A stretch of DNA of 64,000 nucleotides from Candidatus Latescibacterota bacterium (GTDB lineage: Bacteria > Latescibacterota > UBA2968): the NCBI GenBank assembly GCA_965222605.1, contig OZ244960.1, forward strand, positions 5,664,001 to 5,728,000, given 5' to 3'. Positions within the stretch are counted from its first letter, which is position 1. Every line of letters begins with the position of its first letter. Under the pieces are notes generated by a model. That model was not told where the DNA came from. It ran no database searches and was given only the letters and a program-made list of their open reading frames with translations. Shown piece after piece: positions 10,771 to 20,517 of the stretch. The position numbers and the translations under genes are program-made.

Positions 10771-10795
10771 AGATATAATAGTTCGAACACTTTTT

Positions 10796-12157
10796 TTAAT
10801 TTCGGCTAAAGCGTCTTTTTTTAAAACACAAGTTTTTGACCCGGTTTCCTGTTAGCCTGAACCCTGTAACTTGTCCCGTATCGTCTCGCGAAAAATAAAC
10901 TTCTGGGAAAAACCACGCCTCTCCGACGAAATGGCCGTCGGCATAGGTTAGCGATATGTCGTCATGCCGTCTGTGTTGCGCCACAAGCCTGTTCCCTCGC
11001 ACACCAATGGTATAGGTCGTATCGAGTTCTTCGGTGTAATAATCGCCTTCGAATTCTGACAATAGTTCTGGTGATAGGGGTTCAGTCTCGGTGCGTTCAA
11101 GGGGTTGGGTATCCGGCTCGGGTGCTTCGGGAGCAAGGACATCAGCGAGATAGAGATCAGCGATCTTTCTCGCCAAATTAAGCGGACTAAAGGTGTCCAG
11201 ATTGCACAATATGACAACGCCAAATTTCTGAGCCGGAAAACGTATGAGATGGCTGCGAAATCCCCTCCATGATCCGCCGTGTCCGACCGTTTTCAGTACT
11301 CTGTACTCGCCGATGTCCAATCCGAAGGCGTAGCTGATCTGTTCCCCATTATTGAGAACCCCCTGCTGATGCATCTGCTCAACCACTACCTGTCCGCCTA
11401 TCCGTGCATCGTCAAAGTTCAGAATCCACTTTGCCAGATCTTCTACTGTTGAATAGAGAGAACTCGAACCGAGAGCGGTTAAATTGTTCACGGCATTCTT
11501 GAATCCATTATCTTTCACGGACAAATAGGAATACGCCCGGTTCTTCACAATCATCTCGTGGTCATCGTGAAAGTGGGTGTTGGTCATGGCGAGGGGCTTG
11601 AAGATGTTGGCGTCCGTCCATTCTCGAAATGAATCTCCCGTTATTTTTTCAACGATTTCTGCCAGCAGATTATACCCCGTATTTGAGTACAAAAATGCTG
11701 TCCCAGGCTCGAAATTGAGTTCTTTCTGACGCCTTACCATTTTCAAAATATGCTTAAACGAAATTACGTCATCCATCTCTCCGCCCGCGATGACAAGTGC
11801 CTGTACCCAATCCCGCAATCCACTCGTGTGATGTACCAAATGTCGAATCGTTATTTTTTTTTCAAAATCCGGGACATCGGGCAAGTGCATCCGAATGTCG
11901 TCATCCAGCGAGAGTTTCCCTTCATGCAACAACGTGGCGATGGCAAAGCCCGCAAATTGCTTGGAGACCGAAGCAATGTCGAAGATGGTTGTCGGCGCAA
12001 TCGGGATGTCGTATTCCAGATTCGCCATACCGTATCCGCGTTTGTAGATAATTTCACCGTCTCTGATAACCGACAGGGCCGCGCCAGGGGAATCTGGCCT
12101 GTTCCATTCCGCGAATACTTGATCGACTTTTTCCTCAAGTGACTCGTGATTTGTCAT
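10796..12157 (-). CDS. serine hydrolase, beta-lactamase class C/AmpC-like family
   Basis: SVSK (SxxK), YSN, HGG; no signal peptide. Confidence 0.9.
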   Translation of the reverse strand: MTNHESLEEKVDQVFAEWNRPDSPGAALSVIRDGEIIYKRGYGMANLEYDIPIAPTTIFDIASVSKQFAGFAIATLLHEGKLSLDDDIRMHLPDVPDFEKKITIRHLVHHTSGLRDWVQALVIAGGEMDDVISFKHILKMVRRQKELNFEPGTAFLYSNTGYNLLAEIVEKITGDSFREWTDANIFKPLAMTNTHFHDDHEMIVKNRAYSYLSVKDNGFKNAVNNLTALGSSSLYSTVEDLAKWILNFDDARIGGQVVVEQMHQQGVLNNGEQISYAFGLDIGEYRVLKTVGHGGSWRGFRSHLIRFPAQKFGVVILCNLDTFSPLNLARKIADLYLADVLAPEAPEPDTQPLERTETEPLSPELLSEFEGDYYTEELDTTYTIGVRGNRLVAQHRRHDDISLTYADGHFVGEAWFFPEVYFSRDDTGQVTGFRLTGNRVKNLCFKKRRFSRN

Positions 12158-12187
12158 TGGTCACATCCTCTTGGCGCTCTTACTTAG

Positions 12188-12393
12188 ATCATGCCCGTCA
12201 CTTGCATCGCGACTCTGGCAATCTCAGAGAGTGCGCATTCGCCGGTGACGCGATCGCCGAGTTTCAGGCTGTAGAGGGCAATCACCATCGTCCCGACAGG
12301 GGATTCGACGAAGCCGACATCATTGATTACACTCCGATTTGAGCCGGTTTTGGAACCCCAGCGATAGGTCCTGGAGGTCGGCACATATCGGCC
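12188..12393 (-). repeat. 206-bp diverged direct repeat of the 3' end of the 13110..13901 gene (second copy 13114..13319)
   Basis: Hand alignment is ungapped with 12 mismatches in 206 nt; encodes the last ~68 codons and has no start codon. Confidence 0.95.
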
Positions 12394-12656
12394 TAACTCG
12401 CAACTGATTTCCCTCGTATGTACTCAATTAAACGGACATTCACTAGAGTTTCAATCGATACGCCTTGTGCTTGGGCACTCTGCCAGAGTTCTTCTGCTAT
12501 TTCAGGTAGTATCGCAACGCGAACTGCTCGCTTGTGTGGCGTATCAAAGCGAAACCATTCCCCATCATCTTCCATAAAATCAGCCGTATCCAGTTTATCC
12601 CAAAATGTAGCTTCCTCTTCATAACTCTCGAATTTTGGGACTTGTAACTCTTTCAT
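12393..12656 (-). CDS. CopG/BrnA-like antitoxin
   Basis: PKFESYEEEATFWD N-terminus plus RHH-like C-terminus; ATGA overlap with the upstream toxin. Confidence 0.8.
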   Translation of the reverse strand: MKELQVPKFESYEEEATFWDKLDTADFMEDDGEWFRFDTPHKRAVRVAILPEIAEELWQSAQAQGVSIETLVNVRLIEYIRGKSVAS

Positions 12657-12925
12657 TTTCTCAGCCTCCTGAAGTTTTGTTTTTCACGGTCGGTCATATC
12701 TCGAGCGGTAATGGATTTATAAACTGTACCGCTAAGATGTTCCAAGACGACAAATAGATACCGCCCATCCGCTGTCTGTCCATAAAGCCGATACCGGTTA
12801 CGTCCTTGACGACGAGCTAAATGTAATGGATCCCCACAAACTTCCCAGACTTCATCTGGTTCCACATTGTGTTGAGCAATATGTTCAATGCGATAGTCAT
12901 CCCAATCCAATCTGCTGATAAACAT
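12653..12925 (-). CDS. BrnT family toxin
   Basis: WDD..IEHIAQH.V...E..EV, GQT.DGRYLFVV, ITARDMT.RE. Confidence 0.85.
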   Translation of the reverse strand: MFISRLDWDDYRIEHIAQHNVEPDEVWEVCGDPLHLARRQGRNRYRLYGQTADGRYLFVVLEHLSGTVYKSITARDMTDREKQNFRRLRK

Positions 12926-12984
12926 GTTTCTCCCGAGTTGTTTTTTATTTTTATTATGAAACTGTTAGTCCTATTTGAGATTAT

Positions 12985-13074
12985 ACCCATGATTAGATGC
13001 ACCGGGATACGGGTACCTTTAATACAGACTTGTCCGTGACAAACTCTGGGATCAATGGCAATACGTTCCTGCAT
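12985..13074 (-). pseudogene. truncated DUF433 antitoxin (first ~30 codons)
   Basis: MQERIAIDPRVCHGQVCIKGTRIPVHLI with a GGAG RBS, then AT-rich unrelated sequence. Confidence 0.75.
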
Positions 13075-13109
13075 TTTTTATCTCCATTAAAAGGACTTTC
13101 ACTTCTTAC

Positions 13110-13901
13110 CTATATCATGCCCGTCACTTGCATCGCGGCCCTTGCAATCTCGGAGAGCGCGCATTCGCCGGTGACGCGATCGCCGAGTTCCCGGCTGTAG
13201 AGCGCAATCACCATTGTCCCGACAGGGGATTCGACGAAGCCGACATCATTGATTACACCCCGATTCGAGCCGGTTTTGGAACCCCAGCGATAGGTCTTGG
13301 AGGTCGGCACATATCGGCCGATGCGGCGACCATTCTGTTGCAGGGTCAAGGTGGTGAGCATGGCCTGACAGGCTGCGGGGGATGCGGCCTGATCGTCGAG
13401 GATTGTCTTGACGACGGCAGTGTAGTCATTGGGTGTAGCCCAATTTTCCTGTTCCCCTTCAACCGCGAGGCGCCCGCGCATGGGACGTCCGAGAGAGGAG
13501 GCGGTCATACCGAGTTCTCGCATTGTCGCGTTGATGCGATCCATTCCGGCCACTTCAATCAATATGTTGGTGGCGGTGTTGTCGCTGATGGACATCATCA
13601 AGTAGAGGAGATCTCCAAACGACAGTTGCAGCCCGGTATGCATGTGTCGCAGCACACCACTGCCGGGGGATTTATCTTTAGAGCGGATGATATATGTGTC
13701 GTCGAGCGCGAGTGTGCCGCGATCAATAGCTCTGTAGATCTCGATCATGATCGGGATTTTAACTGTGCTGGCCGCCGGAAACTGATGATCACCCCGTGAG
13801 GCCCAATTCTCCCCCCGAGGCGAAATCACACTGACGCCGATCGTGCCGTGCGATTCGTACGTTTTAACCGCTTGTTCTATCCTACTCCAGTCTGTGGTCA
13901 T
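13110..13901 (-). CDS. serine hydrolase, class A beta-lactamase-like
   Basis: STVK, SDN and KTG motifs; no signal peptide. Confidence 0.88.
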   Translation of the reverse strand: MTTDWSRIEQAVKTYESHGTIGVSVISPRGENWASRGDHQFPAASTVKIPIMIEIYRAIDRGTLALDDTYIIRSKDKSPGSGVLRHMHTGLQLSFGDLLYLMMSISDNTATNILIEVAGMDRINATMRELGMTASSLGRPMRGRLAVEGEQENWATPNDYTAVVKTILDDQAASPAACQAMLTTLTLQQNGRRIGRYVPTSKTYRWGSKTGSNRGVINDVGFVESPVGTMVIALYSRELGDRVTGECALSEIARAAMQVTGMI

Positions 13902-13937
13902 GGTGACGCTCCTGGTAATATCCAGGTCAAGCGGCCT

Positions 13938-14999
13938 CTAATCAACAATGGGCAAATGAACCGTTGCGCCGCGTTCGACAGAGCGGAATACTGCTTCGGT
14001 GAATTCCATGTATTTCACGCCTTGATAGAAGGTTGATTCGGCGGGTTTGCCGGTTTTGATCATGTCGATAAAATCCGCCTCAACCGTCCATTCGCGTCTG
14101 TCGGATGCGGGGACATCCAATTCCTTCAATGCGCTATCACCGGACTTGGCGCCCAATATCCGCTGCTCGTCCAAAACGGGGGAGGTTTCGTAAACAAGTG
14201 TGCCGTCCGTACCGTAAATTTCAATGCATTCACTCGGTGCGTGATGCGCGGTGCCAGAAAAGAGATGGACCGCAGTTGCACCGCTTTCCATTTGCGCCAA
14301 AATATTCACCGTGTCCGGACGATCAACTGGTCCCATGCCATCCTCTGTGAAACGCTCGGTGACATAGGCCTCTGCATGTGCGGATACGGATTTTGTATAA
14401 CCACACCAGCGATGTACAAATTCCACAAGCATGCCCACACTCATGGTATTTAAGCCGGAAAAATGACCCATTTGCCGCCAGTGTAGCGGCGTATCGGGAT
14501 CAATGCCCCCAGGCGTCATTGAGCGCACGATGATATTGCGAATATCGCCAACATATCCCTCGGCGATCAGCCGCTGCATAAACCAGTCGCCTTTTAATGC
14601 GTGAGGTGGCTGGCATATCTGGTGCGCGAGTTCTGATTCCATTGCTGCGGCATACATGGCCTTTGCTTCGCGCAAATTCATTGCCATGCGCGCCTGTACG
14701 AACGCATGCTTGCCCGCATTGAGGGATTTGATTACAAACTCGCAGTGTTTATACGGCCATGTACCAATCATCACGGCATCGATGTCATCTCGCGCAATGA
14801 GCGCGTAGGGATCGGTCATCAGGTCGGGACGCAACCCAAATTCAGCCGCGATTTTGCCGCCACTCGCTTCACTGCGGTTGCAAATTGCCACGACCTCGGC
14901 ATCGTCAATTTGAGCCAGGCCCGGAAAGTGGCGGGTGCGAAAAATACCGCCCGCACCAATAATACCAATGCGAATTTTATTTGCCATTACAACCTCCAT
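13938..14999 (-). CDS. Gfo/Idh/MocA family oxidoreductase
   Basis: IGIIGAGG Rossmann motif, AGKHAFVQARMA, EIYGTDGTL. Confidence 0.88.
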   Translation of the reverse strand: MEVVMANKIRIGIIGAGGIFRTRHFPGLAQIDDAEVVAICNRSEASGGKIAAEFGLRPDLMTDPYALIARDDIDAVMIGTWPYKHCEFVIKSLNAGKHAFVQARMAMNLREAKAMYAAAMESELAHQICQPPHALKGDWFMQRLIAEGYVGDIRNIIVRSMTPGGIDPDTPLHWRQMGHFSGLNTMSVGMLVEFVHRWCGYTKSVSAHAEAYVTERFTEDGMGPVDRPDTVNILAQMESGATAVHLFSGTAHHAPSECIEIYGTDGTLVYETSPVLDEQRILGAKSGDSALKELDVPASDRREWTVEADFIDMIKTGKPAESTFYQGVKYMEFTEAVFRSVERGATVHLPIVD

Positions 15000-15000
15000 T

Positions 15001-15996
15001 TTACGGCATGGTCAAATCGTCATAGCTCGATAGGTGATACTCATATCCCAGATAATCCAGCAAATTGCACAGTGCGCGGAATGCCACGCCAAAACCATCA
15101 ACGCCGCTAAAGCCGCCAAATTGTCCACCGCCTTTTACGTGCGGTTCCAAATCGATAAATACACCCGGCACGCCCTGTTCCTGAAACTGGCGTTGCAGGT
15201 GCGGCACGAGTGTCTTAAAATCTCGCAGGACCATTTCATGTCCGGCATCGCCTTGATCGACGGGAATAAACCGCGTTAACCCTCGCTTTGTTGCGCGATC
15301 CAACATTGGCTGATTGGCCGGCGCGTTAAATCCTTTGATGTGAATCCATCCCAATCCGGGCTTTGTTTTGACGTACTCGGCAAAGACGCTGTCCGGGCTA
15401 TGTCCCATGCTTTCCATATTGCCCACATCCATGATGATGCAGGTGTTGGGATTGTCGATCTTTTCGTGCAATGCGATCAGTGTTTCGCCATCTCCACCGA
15501 CTAAATGTGATTCGACTTCAGAGCCGTAGATCAGGCCTTCTTTTGCACACACAGCCACAATCTCTGAGAGCTGATCTGCCGCTTGATTCAGATGTGCCCA
15601 GGGATCGGTCCCATGCGGATGGTAATAGCTAAAACCGCGAATGAGCTTTGTGTCAAACGCATGGGCAAGCTCGATGGCGCGTTTGACATCTGTCTCCAAA
15701 TATTCCTTAAACGGCACATAGCGATTGTCTGTACCGTCATCCACGTCCAGCAATTTCACTTTTCCAAGCGGTGAGCCAATGCTCGATACCGAAATGCCAA
15801 ATTCACCGTGCAATTTTTGGAGTTGTACAATCTCCTGCGCGGTCAATTCCATTGCGTTCTTTATCCCATTGCCCACGTCGATAAACCGAATTGTGTAATA
15901 AGACAAGCCGAGCGCGCGCATCATGGTAAATTGCTCTTCGGCACGCTTGCTCACCGGTCCCTCGTCGGCAAAACCCGATAAAATCACCTCTGCCAC
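15001..15996 (-). CDS. sugar phosphate isomerase/epimerase (xylose-isomerase-like TIM barrel)
   Basis: SGFADE, SIGSPLGK, DVGN, IHIK, LEPH. Confidence 0.85.
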   Translation of the reverse strand: MAEVILSGFADEGPVSKRAEEQFTMMRALGLSYYTIRFIDVGNGIKNAMELTAQEIVQLQKLHGEFGISVSSIGSPLGKVKLLDVDDGTDNRYVPFKEYLETDVKRAIELAHAFDTKLIRGFSYYHPHGTDPWAHLNQAADQLSEIVAVCAKEGLIYGSEVESHLVGGDGETLIALHEKIDNPNTCIIMDVGNMESMGHSPDSVFAEYVKTKPGLGWIHIKGFNAPANQPMLDRATKRGLTRFIPVDQGDAGHEMVLRDFKTLVPHLQRQFQEQGVPGVFIDLEPHVKGGGQFGGFSGVDGFGVAFRALCNLLDYLGYEYHLSSYDDLTMP

Positions 15997-16010
15997 AATA
16001 ATACTCCTTT

Positions 16011-16472
16011 CTATGAATCAGGCCAGGTCACCGGAATCAACCGCAGTGTGCCAGTACCCTGATCGCAACCTGGCGTAATCTCAATTGAATGACTCGTCCT
16101 GTAATCCGCGCCCTCCGCCAATACAACAGTTGTTGAAAAAGTACACGACCCTCCGGGGGCTATTTCAGCGGGTGTACACACTTCTTCGCCCATCCCCAAC
16201 GGGGTGCCGTTTTCACCCAACACACGCACGCGTACCTTAAGGCCCGTGAGGTCCAAACCCGATTGACTGTCAATCGTGCCCTCAGTGTAGATAATATTCA
16301 AGCTTGTAGGCGAACCGGTATCGCCCGCAGGCGTATTACTAGTTTCACCCCTGATGGAGGTCAAGCCTAAAACGGTTAAATCCTCGGGTATAAAAATACG
16401 CGACCCGGCAGAGTCGTCTTTAGAACACCCGAAAAGAAAAAAGACAGACAAAAACCCAATGATGTATTTCAT
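16011..16472 (-). CDS. putative lipoprotein
   Basis: Start moved to ATG 16472: MKYIIGFLSVFFLFGC lipobox; beta-rich body. Confidence 0.65.
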   Translation of the reverse strand: MKYIIGFLSVFFLFGCSKDDSAGSRIFIPEDLTVLGLTSIRGETSNTPAGDTGSPTSLNIIYTEGTIDSQSGLDLTGLKVRVRVLGENGTPLGMGEEVCTPAEIAPGGSCTFSTTVVLAEGADYRTSHSIEITPGCDQGTGTLRLIPVTWPDS

Positions 16473-16568
16473 CTCAATATCCTTTTTTTTCTGATACGGC
16501 GCGTTTGACGCAACAATATACACGCCAAAACCGTATCGGGCAAGGGGCTATCAGTTGTCGGTTGGCTG

Positions 16569-16597
16569 GTACGGTCGGGTTTAAAACCCGCCTCTAC
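16569..16597. repeat. degenerate REP-like palindrome (minus strand GTAGAGGCGGGTTTTAAACCCGACCGTAC)
   Basis: Same 29-nt length and GTA...GGTTT.AAACC...TAC layout as the copies at 56593 and 59132. Confidence 0.6.
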
Positions 16598-16967
16598 TTT
16601 CCTCAAAATCAAATGTCACCACATTCTGCACATCCGATAAACTCGAACGCGGGGTAAATGCGAGGGTCAATGCAATTTCCTGCACCTGTCCCGCGTCAAA
16701 TCTGGAAAATCGATGGGTTGCGCGAGCTATTTCTTCGCTGTCAGCAGTCCGCAATTTCCAGGTCATGATAAACGGACTGATAATCGGCACCGGTCCCGTA
16801 TTGATGACATCGGCAGAGATATTGACTCCCACAATATCACCCGCCGCATTGTGGGTTGGCTCGCGGTGTACGTTGGCAATGGACATAAAATCCGAAAGTA
16901 TCTCGTTTTCAGGCGATATGGGAACACCGCCACAGCCGAGCAAAAGGCATACGATTAGCCATCTCAT
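16581..16967 (-). CDS. putative lipoprotein
   Basis: MRWLIVCLLLGC lipobox; Ig-like beta pattern. Confidence 0.6.
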   Translation of the reverse strand: MRWLIVCLLLGCGGVPISPENEILSDFMSIANVHREPTHNAAGDIVGVNISADVINTGPVPIISPFIMTWKLRTADSEEIARATHRFSRFDAGQVQEIALTLAFTPRSSLSDVQNVVTFDFEESRGGF

Positions 16968-16974
16968 GGATTAT

Positions 16975-17754
16975 TTACTTTCCAAAATACGCTATGCCCA
17001 CCAGGCCGATGAGCCAGCAATAATAGGCAAATTGTGCAAAATGCCCGCCACTGAGCAAGCCCAGGAGCCATCGGATAGCAAATACGCCGGATATATAAGC
17101 CACAACAGCACCAATCAGCAGAGGCCATAGCGCGTTCATTTGCGGCGGATGGGCGAGCAAATCGCCAGCTTCTAATGCGGTTGCGCCCAAAATAATGGGG
17201 ATGGATAATAAAAAAGAAAATGTTGCGGCTTCGCGGCCATCTAACCCGCGCCACAGGCCCAGGCCAATGGTTGAACCCGATCTGGAAATTCCCGGTAATA
17301 CGGCGAGTGCCTGTGCAAAGCCGATTAAAATGGCGTCTAAAAATGTAATTTTTACGCGGTCGCCGCGCGCAAACCGCGTGCTCCACAAAATACAACCGGT
17401 CGCGATCAAGAATCCGCACACTGCGACTGGACTGGCAAAAGCCGCTTTGAGCATGTCTTTGAACAAAATCCCCACGACGCCAGCGGGAATGGAGCCGACC
17501 ATTAACAGACAGATTGTGTGCCAGGATGCGCCATCGCGCTGCAAACATCCGGCGATCAAATGGGTGATACGTGCTCGCAATGCGGTCACTACGGCCAGCA
17601 ATGTTCCAAAGTGTACGATTACTTCAAAGGTGACATTACCGGTTTGAATACCCCAGGCCGCTTGTCCCAAAGCGAGATGGCCCGAACTGCTCACGGGCAA
17701 AAATTCGGTCAGCCCTTGCAACAATCCCAAGAGCATGGCTTCATAAGGTGCCAA
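16975..17754 (-). CDS. uppP: undecaprenyl-diphosphate phosphatase
   Basis: QGLTEFLPVSSSGHL and PGISRSG signature motifs. Confidence 0.96.
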   Translation of the reverse strand: MAPYEAMLLGLLQGLTEFLPVSSSGHLALGQAAWGIQTGNVTFEVIVHFGTLLAVVTALRARITHLIAGCLQRDGASWHTICLLMVGSIPAGVVGILFKDMLKAAFASPVAVCGFLIATGCILWSTRFARGDRVKITFLDAILIGFAQALAVLPGISRSGSTIGLGLWRGLDGREAATFSFLLSIPIILGATALEAGDLLAHPPQMNALWPLLIGAVVAYISGVFAIRWLLGLLSGGHFAQFAYYCWLIGLVGIAYFGK

Positions 17755-17767
17755 GAGGTCTCCTTAA

Positions 17768-17818
17768 GTGAGACGTGAGAGGAGGTAGGGTACTTACCTC
17801 TTACGTTTTACGTCTTAC
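17768..17818. repeat. heptamer tandem repeats (nnnTTAC x4) opposite GTGAGAC/GTGAGAG, forming an imperfect hairpin
   Basis: tacttac ctcttac gttttac gtcttac preceded by gtgagacgtgagaggaggtag. Confidence 0.55.
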
Positions 17819-18639
17819 TGCCTTTTACACAACGCTTCCAACAATTCTATCACGGGTGCCATAGATGCGTCGTTGCAGATTACAATATCGTAAGCGCGTA
17901 GATATGCAGCACTGTTTTCTTCGACTGCTTCGTTCAAAAATCCCATGCGAATGACACGGGTTGCATCGGCGTCATTTACCATCTGTGCATCTTCTATTGT
18001 ATCTCCCAGAAGGAGGACGTAGCCTTGTGGCGTACTTGCATGACGTGCTTTGTTAAAGCTGTGGATTACCGGCTCGCAAAATCCCGCCACTATGCCATGT
18101 GTATCGAATATCAATTTGTTTGCCGTCACTGTCACATTTGAGGTGAGCAATGTTCTAACGTTTAAGAATTTTGAAATTACGTTGCCAATGCCCGCGGATA
18201 AAATTAACAGGGGTATCTCTCTGTCTGCCAATATGTTAAAGAAATCTATGGCGCCATCGCGCAAGCGCATGAAATCTCGAACGGCAATGTCTTCTATTAT
18301 CTCCTCGGTAAGTCCATATTTCTGCATCATCGCAAGTGCTGCCATCCACCAGTCGCGCATGGCTTTTTGTTTTTTGCGGTGCGAGATTGTCTGCGATATT
18401 TCAATGGGGCGATATCGCGCGTACAGGCGATCCATTTCGACGCGATATGCCTCTCCCAAATAGGCTCCGTGTGCAATTGCCGAATAAGATGTCGCATCTT
18501 GCCCATCTTCTGTTCGCGCTTTTGTCAATGTGCGATCCCAATCGCTGACTACACATAGTTGCTCGATTCCCGTATAGCAGTTCAAATGCGCGATTTTGCC
18601 CTGTAGGGCATCCTGATCAGCAATCAATACGCGTTCCAT
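17815..18639 (-). CDS. HAD hydrolase, pyrimidine 5'-nucleotidase (UMPH-1/NT5C3-like)
   Basis: SDWDRTLT, YRPIE, MRDWW, LRDG, LSAGIG, IHSFNK, LLLGD..ED..M, GFLN, YDIV. Confidence 0.8.
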   Translation of the reverse strand: MERVLIADQDALQGKIAHLNCYTGIEQLCVVSDWDRTLTKARTEDGQDATSYSAIAHGAYLGEAYRVEMDRLYARYRPIEISQTISHRKKQKAMRDWWMAALAMMQKYGLTEEIIEDIAVRDFMRLRDGAIDFFNILADREIPLLILSAGIGNVISKFLNVRTLLTSNVTVTANKLIFDTHGIVAGFCEPVIHSFNKARHASTPQGYVLLLGDTIEDAQMVNDADATRVIRMGFLNEAVEENSAAYLRAYDIVICNDASMAPVIELLEALCKRQ

Positions 18640-18641
18640 AG

Positions 18642-19838
18642 TTATTGTTCAATCCGCTCGCTGATTTCACCTGTTTCTCTGTCTTTCACAATTCGTTTCA
18701 AGCGGCCATCGGGCATGCGCTCGGTTTTCAGGGTGACAAACTGCGCGTCTGTTTCTGCCGATTCGGTTTCCCGATCTACTTCACCGCCGCGCCATTCCAT
18801 TTCTATCGGTTCCCACTGCTTTGTTTTTGCCGATTTGTAACACGCATCTATAATTGCATTGACGACATAGCCGTCGTACAGTGTTTCCATTGGTTCGCGT
18901 CCTTCATCCCAGGCATTGAACATATCTACGAACATGTCTGAATAGCCCAATTCGGCGACTTCGTCGCCCACGGGGAAGAGCCAGCCAGTATCGCTTTCGG
19001 CTTTTTCTGCTACATAACCCCCTTGTCCCACAGCAGTAAACATGTCAAATCCCGTGCGCAACCAGTGGTTGAGCCAGATTGTTCCTTCTGTACCTGCGAC
19101 CTCGTCCCGCAGGTCCATGCCTCCGCGAAATGCCCATCCGACTTCAAATTGTCCCATGGATCCATTTTCAAATTTGATCAATCCAATCCCGTGATCCTCT
19201 GCTTCGACTGGATGTACGAGTGTGTCGGCCCAGCACATCGCTTCGACCGGGCGAATGCCTTTGCCGATGAAGTTGCGAATGATTTCGATGCAGTGACATC
19301 CCATATCGACAATCGCGCCGCCACCTGCTTTGTTTATGTCCCAGAACCAATCGCTGTGGGGACCGGGGTGTGTTTCGCGCGATCGCACCCACAAGATGCG
19401 TCCCAATGCCCCATTGTTCACGGATTCGAGGGCTTTTAAGGTTTTTGGGGGATATACCAGGTCTTCTAAATATCCGCCAAATACGCCCACTTTTTCTACC
19501 GCATTCAGGATTTGCTGAGCTTCATCAGCGGTGCGCCCGAGAGGTTTGGTACACAATACGGCTTTGCCAGCCTGGGCTGCGAGTGTTGCGGCTTCGAGAT
19601 GTAGATCGTTGGGCAATCCGATTACCACGCCATCGGTTTCCTCGTCTTCAATTGCAGCTTTGAGATCCGTTGTCCACCTGGGTATATCCCATTCTTCCGC
19701 AAATGTTCTGGCCCGTTCTTCGGTCCGCGAATACACGACTTGCACCCGATCAATTCCCCGATGTCTGTGCAAGGTCATGGTATAAAACATTCCGATCAAT
19801 CCAGTTCCCAACATGGTCAATTTATGTCCTTCAGCCAT
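18642..19838 (-). CDS. Gfo/Idh/MocA family oxidoreductase
   Basis: Start at ATG 19838 after AGGAG; [21 protein letters not shown]. Confidence 0.9.
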   Translation of the reverse strand: MAEGHKLTMLGTGLIGMFYTMTLHRHRGIDRVQVVYSRTEERARTFAEEWDIPRWTTDLKAAIEDEETDGVVIGLPNDLHLEAATLAAQAGKAVLCTKPLGRTADEAQQILNAVEKVGVFGGYLEDLVYPPKTLKALESVNNGALGRILWVRSRETHPGPHSDWFWDINKAGGGAIVDMGCHCIEIIRNFIGKGIRPVEAMCWADTLVHPVEAEDHGIGLIKFENGSMGQFEVGWAFRGGMDLRDEVAGTEGTIWLNHWLRTGFDMFTAVGQGGYVAEKAESDTGWLFPVGDEVAELGYSDMFVDMFNAWDEGREPMETLYDGYVVNAIIDACYKSAKTKQWEPIEMEWRGGEVDRETESAETDAQFVTLKTERMPDGRLKRIVKDRETGEISERIEQ

Positions 19839-19883
19839 TTTAAACTCCTTGTTTTTTTGTATCCTATAGGATACATTTAATAA

Positions 19884-20174
19884 ATGATAGAAATTCGTCA
19901 GACAAATGTTTACATCCAATGGTTTGACAAGTTACGTGATCGACACGCACGAGCACGTATTAATACCCGGATTCGGCGTCTCTCGCTGGGCAATTTTGGT
20001 GATGTAAAACCCGCTGGACAAGGTGTCTCAGAGTTGCGAATTAACTATGGTCCAGGCTACCGCGTGTATTTTATACAGCAAGGGCAAACGCTGGTCATCC
20101 TACTCGCGGGTGGTGACAAACGAACACAAAACCAAGATATTAAAACAGCACAGAATTTAGCGAGCAATCTATGA
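19884..20174 (+). CDS. RelE/ParE-family addiction module toxin
   Basis: [34 protein letters not shown]. Confidence 0.92.
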   Translation: MIEIRQTNVYIQWFDKLRDRHARARINTRIRRLSLGNFGDVKPAGQGVSELRINYGPGYRVYFIQQGQTLVILLAGGDKRTQNQDIKTAQNLASNL

Positions 20175-20184
20175 GGAGACAATC

Positions 20185-20472
20185 ATGGGAAAAACAAAAA
20201 CACATCCATGGAATGCTGCGACTCATTTAAAAACTAAAGAAGATATCGCCGCGTATCTCGAAGCCGTGCTCGAAGATGGCGACCCCAATTTAATCACTGC
20301 TGCTTTAGGTGACATAGCATGCGCTAAAGGTATGACACAAATTGCCCGTGAAACTGGTCTTGGACGCGCAAGCCTCTACAAAGCATTGTCACCTGAAGGT
20401 AATCCGGGTTTTGCCACAGTGCTCAAGGTTATACACGCATTGGGCTTGCGGTTGCATGCGACCCCTATTTGA
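20185..20472 (+). CDS. addiction module antidote (HTH antitoxin)
   Basis: IAAYLEAVLEDGD, KGMTQIARETGLGRASLYKALS..GNP. Confidence 0.92.
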   Translation: MGKTKTHPWNAATHLKTKEDIAAYLEAVLEDGDPNLITAALGDIACAKGMTQIARETGLGRASLYKALSPEGNPGFATVLKVIHALGLRLHATPI

Positions 20473-20517
20473 TTATAAAGAAAGCTATCAGCGGTCAGCC
20501 CATCCAAACCGAAATTT

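Noticed and set aside
10796-13901. Two beta-lactamase-fold genes as antibiotic resistance determinants
   Set aside because: Neither has a signal peptide, and these families are mostly esterases/peptidases; resistance cannot be inferred
19884-20472. RelE/HigA-type pair as a novel system
   Set aside because: Canonical, well-known addiction module; no flanking duplication seen
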